DNA of 35,509 nucleotides. Origin: Dicyema japonicum. Lineage: Eukaryota > Animalia > Dicyemida. The translations under genes and the position numbers were made by a program. The notes under the pieces are model-generated. The model saw only the letters and a program-made list of their open reading frames with translations. It was not told the DNA's origin and did no database searches. Positions within the stretch are counted from its first letter, which is position 1. Each line of letters opens with the position of its first letter. Where the stretch lies: the NCBI GenBank assembly GCA_011109175.1, contig RDEW01000013.1:559989-595497 (forward strand). Reading direction: 5' to 3'. Below, in pieces: positions 10,031 through 19,859 of the stretch.

Positions 10031-10351
10031 AGGCAGAACCATTTATTTTTTAAATTATTTCCGTCAACTAATCTACGTAGCTTCTCACGATAATTGATAA
10101 TAAACTCGAGAAGTCACTGGGTCTCACGTACGACGTGGCTTTTTAGTGTTGCGAAACGTTTCAGTTTATTAAAGAAAAAAAGCGATTTCCGCTTATTTTT
10201 CCACTTTATTCACTTACGAGAGCTCGGAACATAAACCGGCCTAGGAGCACTAGAAGCAGTTTGTTAAATAGATAAAACAAAATGGTTATGAAATTCCAAA
10301 TGATTAAAGTAAAACATAACAAATTAAAAATTCAGGGAAAGTAAAAAAGCA

Positions 10352-10649
10352 CTATTCAGAGTCAGATTCTAAAATGGAGGTTGAACTTGAATCAGAGGAT
10401 TCAGAAACATCTTCACTAGAATCACTCGAATTTTCCTCAACTATTTGTCTTTTTGGTTCTGATAACGCCTTTTCCTCTTCTTTCTTCTTTTTGTCAATAA
10501 GTTCACCCATAGAAGGACGATGGAGAATTTTTCGTTTGTTTTTGCATTCATATGTCCAATGCTCTTTTGATTGACACTTCTGACAGTAGGCTTTTGAATC
10601 AGATCTTTAATTAATATAAATAATACTTTCTCTTTTCTATTCCAACCAT
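10352..10649 (-). CDS. ZCCHC10: ZCCHC10-like CCHC zinc-knuckle protein, 91 aa, two exons (10649-10627, 10604-10352), 22-nt intron at 10626-10605
   Basis: Spliced product [52 protein letters not shown]...SSDSSEDVSESSDSSSTSILESDSE*. CQKC....HWTYEC..KRK.LHRPS plus the Ser/Asp/Glu-rich tail match the ZCCHC10 family as I recall it. The intron is GTATTATTTATATTAATTAAAG; no frameshifts or internal stops. Confidence 0.8.
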
Positions 10650-10719
10650 AACACAATCTAATATTTAAATTATATTAAATTATTATTTCTTAAAATCAAA
10701 ATAATATTTTATATCATGC

Positions 10720-13295
10720 TAGCCATTATGTTCTCCATCACTATCTTCGGCAATATCTTGGAGAATTGTATATGACCTACACTCGGACCATAATCCAATT
10801 CTACTGTCAATCGAACTACTCTCGCCTATTGTTAGGCATCGGAAAACTATAAAGAATTACAAACGTGCAAAATGGGATTCATTCAGAGAAGAAACAGAAA
10901 AATTTCTATCCGACTTTTCCGTTGAGAATTTCAAATCGCTTGACGCCGCAATGAAATTTTTTAATGAGGTCATCCTCAGTGCCGACAAGAAATACATTCC
11001 AAGAGGACTCATTGCAGACTATAATCCCAATTTCACTAAGGAAATTATCGAAAAGATTCATACAAGACGTCGACTCAAAAAATCAAGAATATATACGGCC
11101 AAACTATCCAACCTTAATAGTGAAATTACAGAGTTAATCAACAAGAGGAAATTAGACTGATGGAACAATTTCATCACAAAAATTAACCATCGAACGAAAC
11201 TAAAGGATTTTTGGGGTACTTTACGTGGAATTCAGTTGAAACAAAATAGAATGGAGACAACCCACGCCACCAGTATTGACACGAATCAAACACCACGTGA
11301 GTTCACTCATCAGGCAGATGTCATAATGGACCACTACGCAAAAGTGAGTCACATCGATATGAACAAATGCTTTCGTCCATGCAAATTGAAAAACGTTCAA
11401 ACTCCTCAAGGAAAACCGATTGAAATCAGTACGTCTGATGTCGAAAAACTCATCAAAAACGCCAAAAACTCTCCTGCCAAAGGGCTTGATAAAATCTGCA
11501 TTTAAAATACCTGGGAATGCAAAGACTCATAGCAATAACAGACATAATTTCTGTATCCATCAACACCTGCAGAATTCCTGCACTATGAAAAAAATCAAAA
11601 ATGATCCCAATCTTGTAGCCCAAGAAAAAACCTTCGGATCCGGGATCTTTCAGACCAATTTCACTACTATCTGTAGTATCGAAAATTTTTGAACGTGTTG
11701 TATTGAAACTAATATCGAAGTATTTTCCTTTCCCTGATTTTCACCATGGCTTTCGTCCACAATACTCAACATTAACACATCTCTCTTCCCTAACTAATAT
11801 ATCACTGATGGTTTCAACAATTATAATCCTCCCAATCTGACTATCCTTGCATCGATTGACCTAACCAAGGCGTTCGATCGAACATCAAGGCGCGTGCTAC
11901 ATCTCAAATTCCATTAACAAAATTCTTACATCTCATTTAACAAAATTCTTACATCTCTAATTCCTCTACGTCTTCAGAATTGGCTAACAAATTTCCTCTC
12001 TGGAAGAATTGGTCGAGCTGAAATTATGTCATGTCTATCTCACTACAGACTCCTTCCAAATGGAGGCTCCGTTTTGTCATCTACCTTATTTAACTTGCAC
12101 GTAAGCGACATTCCAACCAATTCCAAGACACTACTCCTATTGTTTGCGGATGACCTAATTATTGCATCTAAAGACATAGACGTTATCGAAGTAACGGAAG
12201 ATGTTCAGAACCACTTGAACACTTTTGAAGAGTGGCTTGGAGCAAACCACCTATCCCCCTCTCCATCGAAATCCACCGTTACTGTATTCACGTCCAACCG
12301 CCGCCACCTTAATTTTCAACCAATTTTAACAATTCATCAACAAACACTCACCGCTATGAAAAATCCCAAAATACTTGGAGTTATTTATGACCAACTACTA
12401 ACTTTCTCTAATAATGTGGAAAAACAATGTACAAATGCCTATCACAAGATCAACATAATTAAAGCTGTGTCAGGCCATTCCTTCGCCCAAAGCAAAGAAG
12501 CCCTAACTATCATATATAAACAATTCATTCGAACAACTATTAACTATGCTGGTCAACCTCTGCCTCTCTTGCTTCTATTGACAAACTACAAAAAGTACAA
12601 AACATCGCGCTCAGGATAATCACTGGATGCTTCAGATCAACTCCTGTTGATCATCTATATTGGGAGTCAAAGATCCTTTCAGTTGGAGACCATCTGGAAA
12701 TGAGAGCCCTGCAGTTCCTTTCCCAAGCCTACTTCCTAGAACATCCTTTCAGTTGGAGACCATCTGGAAATGAGAGCCCTGCAGTTCCTTTCCCAAGCCT
12801 ATTTCCTAGAACATCCGTGCCACTCTCTATGCGAACCGCAAAACAAAAAGAAAATTATCATGACAACCAGTGACCTGTCTCGAATGTTATCATCCATCCC
12901 TTCCATCCCCAATGACAGGAGTCGTCTGAAACATATACACGATTTTTTTTCTACGAGAAGCATCCGAAGACTCAGAGACAATAAAATATTACAGCGATCC
13001 CCTTATCTAATAGACCAATCAGAATCCTTTCTTCCAAGGGACGTCCGAGTAAATCTGGCTCGTCTACGATGTGGGCACCACCCATATCTATCAACATATG
13101 ATATAATCTCTCCCTTTTGCAACCTCCACGTGTTGACAACAAATCACCTTTTTGAATGTTATGAACTGGGACAACGTTTCTCCACAATGCCGGCACTGAC
13201 CGATCTATGGGAGCGACCAACATCTGCTGCGTCCTACTTAATGGCTGCTGGCTTCCTACAAGTTAGTGAGGCTGGAGTTAATAACTAACTAACCA
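10720..13295 (+). mobile_element. Decayed Ingi/Vingi-like non-LTR retrotransposon (end of APE, RT, C-terminal Cys/His domain)
   Basis: SDHNPILL, KGLDKI, IDLTKAFD, FADD, PKILGV and C-terminal SESFLPRDVRVNLARLRCGH...HLFEC...DLWERP..AASYL. TAACTAACTAAC tail; many frameshifts. Confidence 0.85.
12673..12812 (+). repeat. 70-bp tandem duplication inside the retrotransposon
   Basis: ATCCTTTCAGTTGGAGACC...CCTAGAAC occurs at 12673 and 12743 with one mismatch. Confidence 0.9.
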
Positions 13296-13299
13296 ACTT

Positions 13300-13790
13300 T
13301 GGCTAGCCGGTTATAAAGGAGTGATTTACATTCACTAGCCATCCAGAAGATTCAGCAATATTCACTTCTGTGTCTTTCAAACACTGAAATAACATAGAGT
13401 GCAGCGGTTTCTTCTCAAATTTTTCAAGTAGATATTCATGTTGTATTTCCATCAAATTCGACATTGTCAAGTCCTTCACATTTTCAATGATGTACTTTCG
13501 AGAAATGAATTCTACGTTAGTGGCCATGTGTGTTTTCTTTGAATTAATGACCCGTAGAATTCCAACTCTTCTTAGACAGCAATTTGCATCATGTTCCAAG
13601 TCACAATAATATCGGAGGAGGATTCGTTCTGCTTTGTTACTAACAGACTCGAGGACTCTTCCAAATTTATTTCTTGGTAGATAAAATCTTTCTTTGTTGC
13701 CGGTTGCAAGTAGATGTGACTATCCATAAGAATTCTGCGGATATTTTTAACGATCTGTTCAAATTCTGGAGACTTGATATCAATCTATCT
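13300..13790 (-). mobile_element. RLE-type retrotransposon post-RT fragment
   Basis: KRFYLPRNKFGR and LRRVGILRVI...KKPLHSMLF...SSGWL on the minus strand are homologous to the RLE family post-RT region. Confidence 0.75.
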
Positions 13791-13889
13791 AATATAATAA
13801 TTATAGAGTGAGAGTGTATTTTCGTTCATTCCCTAAAAAAGGTTCAATGAGTTTAAATCCGTCTTCGTCAAATTTTTCATCCGCTTAGA

Positions 13890-13926
13890 TCAGAGGTTTC
13901 CAATCTGGGTTCCGAGGAACCCTTAG
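13890..13926 (+). mobile_element. Possible hAT-type terminal sequence (orphan end)
   Basis: CAGAGGTTTCCAATCTGGGTTCCGAGGAACCCTTAGG resembles CAG-starting hAT/Charlie MITE ends. No partner TIR was found. Confidence 0.3.
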
Positions 13927-14172
13927 GAAAAACTAATACCCTCATCACTTGAAGACCTTATCCGACAAAATGAAAAAAGATTTGCTACCCTGTGAGGTCA
14001 GTGCAACTCTCAACAATACACAGCCACGACGTTTCTTATGAGAAGGGTATACATCACCCTCTCTAATTCCTATTCCCGAAACCACCCCGCCCACAGAGAA
14101 GTTGTGTTGGATCCCAGAAGGCGAACGAGGAGAAAATGAGAAATCTGATTGTTAATTAGTTAATTAAAACGT

Positions 14173-14248
14173 AGCGTCATGTGGTCTACCAGTTATGAAA
14201 GTTCTAGAGGCGCTCAGGGTTTACTTAATGCACCGCGGAAAAGGACCA
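14173..14248 (+). ncRNA. Candidate HDV-like pseudoknot/ribozyme in the retrotransposon 5' end (copy 2)
   Basis: AGCGTC(14173-78)/GGCGCT(14209-14), TGGTCT(14182-87)/GGACCA(14243-48) and linker CGGAAAA. It shows compensatory changes relative to copy 1. Confidence 0.4.
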
Positions 14249-14343
14249 TTAACTACCTCACATCCGAAGAAGGACTTTTCGGACGACGGCCTCTTCTCTT
14301 TCTTTATCCCCCTCGGCTGAATGGGTTTCTGATAATTCTCGCC

Positions 14344-14370
14344 GGTGACATTGAACTTAATCCTGGCCCT
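14344..14370 (+). other. 2A-like ribosome-skipping (StopGo) motif
   Basis: In-frame FLIILA-GDIELNPG/P directly before the APE domain (PLSIVQINING); matches D[VI]ExNPG-P. Confidence 0.85.
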
Positions 14371-15518
14371 CCACTCTCAATTGTGCAGATAAACATCAAC
14401 GGAATCAAAAGCAAAATTCTCGAACCTTTCATTAAACAACAAAACATTGACATGATTTTACTTCAAGAAAGCTAACTCACCTACCCCGCATTTTCCAGGA
14501 TACCACTGCATCCGCCTGGACCGATCAAACCGTTGTGGTAAGTCTCCTCATCATTATAACAGATAACATTCGATTTACGGACATCTCAGCCAAACTACAA
14601 TCACTAATAAACGATGGGATCACGGAAATATCTGGAATATCAATTACAAGTGGATTCGGGACTCTCAACATTACAACATCTACGTCCCCCCGCCATCTTT
14701 TTGCCCAAAAGGATTCTGTCTAAACCTAACCAAATTAAATAAGTTCGGAAACCTGATATTGTGTGAGATTTTAATGCTAAACATTTAGCCTGGTTAAAAA
14801 CACATCCAGCAGACTCAAAAAGATTATCCTTATTAAACAAGCTCACCTCTCTGACTATCTTTAACAACCCCAGGAAGCACACTAGGACTCCTTACAAAAA
14901 AAACGAAGCATCAACTTCCCCAGACATTACCTTCTCTTCCCCAAACCTTGCACCGGACACATCTTGGACGGTGCATTATGGATTGTCTTCCGACCACAAT
15001 CCAAGCATTATTCGAATCAAAAAAATTCTTTACCACAGGAAAAAGACTGTTTCATTTTTCAACTATAAAAAAGCAAACTGGAATGACTATTCAAAATACA
15101 TCGATAAGCTCTACTAAACCTTGACATGATATTCCCCACAATAGATGAAGCTATTGACTTTTTAAACAAAACTATTCTCATGGCGGGAGAACCTTTATTC
15201 CGCGTGGATCATTTAAATTCTACAATGAAAAACTCGATCAGAACACCAAATCATTAATTAAAGAAAGGAATCGCCTGAAAAGACATGTACCTTCCTTTCC
15301 CGGACAGAAAAATCAAACAAAAACTCTCAATGACGAAATATCTAAAAGGATTAGAAAGCTGAAGCCAACAAATGGAACAAACTAGTATCTTCCCTTCCAT
15401 TTCATAAATCTGCTCAGGATATGAAGAGAAATTAAACATTTTATCCTAAAAGGAAATTTTAAAAGACAACAGACGGATCAACACAGTCTTAACAAGCTCA
15501 TGAAATATTACGCCAGTA

Positions 15519-17260
15519 TGTCACATGGGCCAAGCGTTACCTATGGGCAGCCTGTTACATTAACCTTGAACCAAGATTAACTTCAATTAATTTTATAACC
15601 TTGAACCAAGATTAACTTCAATTAATTTTATAAATGATTTATTAACCACAAAAAATTAAATTTAAGTAACTTTTTTTAGTCTACTCATTAATACAGTCGA
15701 TATTTCTCCTTTCGAATTTTTTATCTATCAAATTAAACTATTTAAAACTACCTCCACGCGATTATTCGATAAAATATTAATTATTTCTGCAACTGGATAA
15801 TACTGAGACTCAAACTTATCTAGTCGCAATGAGGGATTTGTTCCAAAGTCCTTTTTAGCCCGAACCTATTAATGTTTTTGATTCATACTTTATCTCCCAT
15901 GTTAAAAGTATATTTACTATTATGAACATTCATTTTCCTGTTCATAGCTTTGTAATAATTAGAATTTTCTTCAATCGATTTAATTTCGAAGTTGAATCTC
16001 TTCGCATTCGGACGCAAATTATCTGACTGAAGGTTATCTAGATATAAATTTTTTAAATCAAACTACGTGATTTTTCAATAGATTCTGGAGTCGAACAATT
16101 AAGCAAATCGTCAATTTGTTCTGGAATCGCACACTCATCACTTAAATTATCTAAGTCATAATGATATAAGTATAACCATTAATTATTGAATTTATTCCCT
16201 TAATTCCTCGATATCTTTCGAAAGGACTTTCGTTAGAAAATGAATGGACCGATATGTTGTAACTGTAGACAGCACTTTCTAATTTATCAAGCCACTTTTT
16301 TTCACTGTTATCCAGCATTTTTGACAACTTCCTCGTGATCGTCTGATTAAATCTTTCGACAATTCCTTGTGCTCGTGGATTGTTAGGCCTTCTGTGAATT
16401 TGCTTAATGTTAAAATCTTCGCAAAGTTTTGTTATTTCTTGATTTTTAAATACAGAACCATTGACCGACTGAAGAAATTTACATAGCCCATTCAGGCGGA
16501 ACAAAGATCTTAAGTTTTCACATACTTCTTTACCAGCGAAAATTTGCAGACTTCACAATTTCGAATGACTTTTCTGATAATCACATTCTTTACAGTGAAG
16601 TATCTTTGTCGACATTCATACTCAATTTTATTGACTCCTCCGTGTGAAAACTCGTGCAACGATTTCGCAACATGCTCCATTTCGGTTTCATTATCCAGGG
16701 ATATGACTAACTTGGGATCAGTTGATTTAAGATACAGTCTAAAATTATTGAAAATTTACAATACCTGTCATTGATAATAGAAAAATTCTCTATCTTCTTT
16801 ACAAGCCTATATTTTCGGTGCCTCGGAAGGTTTTCGGGAAATTTATCATGCAAAGCATCTTTTAAAGTTTGATATTCAACGCAATCTTTCACAAAACCCT
16901 TGTAAGAAGCCATTGCAACAAAATAATCTTCCATGCTATAAATCACGCTAGAAATCTAGGTTTACCGCTATAAAAAAATAAAATCTTTATAATCATAACA
17001 TTTATAAATAAAAAACTAATTTAACAGGATTAAATCAAGATATAAATCGGATATACAAAATTAAATGTCGGATAATCCAATGAGGGACTCATCCTCACCT
17101 TTGTCGGTCTGGGATCACTTAGTTAGATGAGAACTTTTATTTCTTTCTTTTGACCCAGTGATCCGACATTAATAATAATAATGTCGGATAATCAAAAGAC
17201 CTTTTCAAGGTCGAAAAAATGTAACAGGCTGCCCATGCGTTACGCGCCGCCCATGTGACA
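15519..17260 (-). mobile_element. Ginger/TDD-like integrase DNA transposon, 1742 bp, 43-bp TIRs, 5-bp TSD, five micro-introns, internally deleted
   Basis: TIRs at 15519-15561 and 17218-17260 (37/43 match, TGT...ACA); TSD CAGTA at 15514-18 and 17261-65. Spliced CDS from ~16934 to 15662 has HHCC (HEFSHGG...CEVC), QSVNG, GIVERFNQT and GDK|VRAKKDF. Introns at 16764-16739, 16176-16151, 16066-16038, 15888-15866 and 15751-15725. Confidence 0.9.
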
Positions 17261-17291
17261 CAGTATAAGCCACAAACCTTTCAGGAAAATN

Positions 17292-17500
17292 ATGAGGGAC
17301 TCATCCTCATCTTTGTCGGTCTGGGATCACTTAGTTAGATGAGAACTTTTATTTCTTTCTTTTGACCCAGTGATCCGACATTAATAATAATAATGTCGGA
17401 TAATCAAAAGACCTTTTCAAGGTCGAAAAAATGTAACGGCTGCCCATGCGTTACGCGCCGCCCATGTGACACAGTATAAGCCACAAACCTTTCAGGAAAA
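17292..17500. other. Duplicate of 17081-17290 beginning at an N (probable scaffolding overlap)
   Basis: A near-identical ~210-bp copy starts immediately after the N at 17291. Confidence 0.75.
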
Positions 17501-17722
17501 TGGATGGGCCTTCTTTATCCTCAATAAGACCTAAGAGAACACAGCCGATTAACTTTATCTCACATTCAGATGTCAGTGAGGGTTTGAAGAGATTGAATTC
17601 TTCCCTATCACGTGGGCCTGATTCTATCCCTGGTATTTTACTAATACACCTTGGACCTATCGCGATTGATGCAATCACAGTGATTTTCAACTATTCAATA
17701 AACACGAATACAATTCCGACTA

Positions 17723-18060
17723 CAGTCCGACCCCGTTTCGGGGCACCCCCGCTTTTCAGGGCATTTTTTCATTTGGAGTCTATTTCCAGCATTAATTTCC
17801 AAATTTGGAAATTTTCAGGAGCCCCAAACCGGGGAACCAACATCAGAAAAACATAAATTATTTAATCACAAAGTATTTGAAATATTCCAGAAACACAGAA
17901 AACATAATTTTTCAATATCAGGACCAATCATTAAAAAATAGGTTTGGGAAATATGTGTCATGCATGGAGCACATCAATATTTTCGGCAAAAAATATAAAA
18001 AGAACAAATTTTTAGTAATGTCGAAAATCGACAGTGATATTTAGATATTTTATTAACATA
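17723..18060 (+). mobile_element. Probable Tc1/mariner-pogo-type MITE left end
   Basis: TA|CAGTCCGACCCCGTTTCGGGGCAC, with an inverted echo GCCCCAAACCGGGG at ~17821. It truncates the LINE; no right TIR was seen. Confidence 0.45.
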
Positions 18061-18064
18061 ACAA

Positions 18065-19850
18065 ACTCGTTGCTAATTAAAAACTAATTAAAAAGGGAGA
18101 ATCCAACGAGTTTGTCCTGGTTGATAGGGTCTGGTTTAACGAGACACCATATGTCTTCTCTTTGAATTATTGACCCCTTGCATCCAACAAGAATTATTTT
18201 TCAAGAAATGCAATATTTCTTCAATGGATCTTGCACGTCTCTCATCACTAGGCGGTAATTTAGACTTTAAATCAAGTCCATATGCCAGTTTAATAGCATA
18301 TCTCCTCGATTTATCGAGAAGCTCTACAAGAGTACTTCTCTCATCACTTTCAACCATCCTTGGAAGCCATAAATCAAGAATGGTTCTATACAAGCTGTCT
18401 ACACATAAAGAAAAGTTTCCGGACTCAATTAAAAACGTAGAAGCGATTTCAACATAGCCGTAACTTTTTTCTTCTTTTTATTGATATAATTAATGAAAAA
18501 ACCCTTCGAGTTCACACAAACACCAAGATATTGTAACTGTTCCATGAATTTGATGGATCCAATGTTAATACAAATCTTTGATTTATTCTTGTAATTCACA
18601 ATCCATGAAGCAGTACACTTTTCAAGAGATAAACCTTTATCTCTAATTTAATTCTTTCGATATGTGTCGAAACACGTTTCCGGGAAATCGATCTATTAAT
18701 ACTAAGATCGAGCTAAAGAATATCATCGGCATATACTAACATTTTCGAATTTAGGTGTTCAAACTTCGGGATGTCACACATAACACAATTGAATAAAAGA
18801 AGTCTAAAGATAGACCCTTATGTAACCCCTCTTTTTAACAAAATTTTCTTCAATATATGATCTCCAACACGTATAAAAAATTCTCTACAGAAAGAAAATC
18901 CTTCATCCAAACTTGAGCCTTGCTCCCAACATTAAAATTTGACAAAGTTTTCAACAACCCAGCATTCCAGACGTTATCACAGCCTTTAATATGTCTAGAC
19001 ATACGGCCGTAAGACATTCTCTATTCTTCTTAGCAACACATTTAAAATTTGATAATATTGAGAAACAATCTCCAGTCCCTCTAGTGGGACGAAAACCCAC
19101 TGATCATCGAAATCTGTTGTCTTCAACGTATTTTGATAATCTGTTGAAAATGTTTTTTTCCATAATTTTCGATATACTGCATATTAGGCTTATTGGCCTT
19201 CTTCGGGATCATCCGTACAAAAGACTTCTTCCAAGTAGAAGGAACATGTCCAGAACACCACGAAGAATTAAATAAAGCCCATAACGTTTTCAATAATGGT
19301 ATTCCAGCATTTTTTAGACAGTCTGGGGGATAAAATCCCAACCCGGAGCTTTATTTTTGCATCCATTAATAGCAAGAATTATCTCCTCCATAGTAACCGT
19401 ACCACACAAAGGCCCCTCCACAAGCGGGGATGGCTCCTCTTCAAGAAAACTAGTTTGTATCCTCGGGGAATAATTAACAGAGGATCCAATTCTTGTACCT
19501 CTGCGAGCTGTTGTCTTTAGACATCTGGAACTTTTTCTTTTGGGATCCAAGAGCCGTCACCAGACTTGAGATTTATCTCTTCACCTTTCTTATCCAAAGT
19601 TTCCAGAATTTAGGATTATTACGATAGAGTTTGGAGCATTCTCTCCTCCATCTATCTTCTTCAATACTTTTTGATACTTCGATCAATTCACTCTTTATAG
19701 ACTTGATCCTTTCTTTGAGATGGTTAGAATCTTGTGGATCCCAACATCGCTTCAGTTTTCTTCCAAATATCTCATTTCACGAAGCAAAAGACATTGCTCT
19801 CCATTCATTAATTTATTTCTATGCGGAGAAAGTAATATTTAAAAAAAAAT
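18065..19850 (-). mobile_element. APE-class LINE, copy A (linker, RT and C-terminus), decayed, with native 3' end
   Basis: Minus strand W...CSKL...FWKLW linker, KAPGWDFIP, WKKSFVRMIPK, PQG- and ADD-type motifs, and C-terminal ELLDKSRRYAIKLAYGL. TAATTAG-type tail near 18080-18090. Confidence 0.8.
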
Positions 19851-19859
19851 AAATATTTT

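Larger units (their letters stand above)
14171..17722 (+). mobile_element. Ingi/Vingi-like non-LTR retrotransposon with intact 5' end, interrupted by a Ginger-like transposon and 3'-truncated
   Basis: QININGIK, LLQES, DFNAKH, SPDIT and SDHNP. The frame LMKYYAS|ISHKPFRKMDGP...RGPDSIPG rejoins across the 15519-17260 insertion; it is cut at 17722 by another element. Confidence 0.85.

Noticed and set aside
10374-10656. ORF-track ORFs 10374-10574 (+) and 10441-10656 (-) as genes
   Set aside because: They are the antisense and off-frame shadows of the spliced ZCCHC10-like CDS.
13787-13850. TCTATCTAATATAATAA... as a Helitron 5' end
   Set aside because: No 3' hairpin plus CTRR terminus or Rep/helicase remnant was found; the motif is too low in complexity.
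17078-17179. Hammerhead ribozyme in the small structured insert (GATGAGTCC on the minus strand)
   Set aside because: The required CUGANGA and GAAA core elements are absent.
17292-17500. Second right TIR as evidence of a tandem or nested Ginger element
   Set aside because: The copy starts exactly at an N and includes the flanking host sequence, so an assembly overlap is the simpler explanation.
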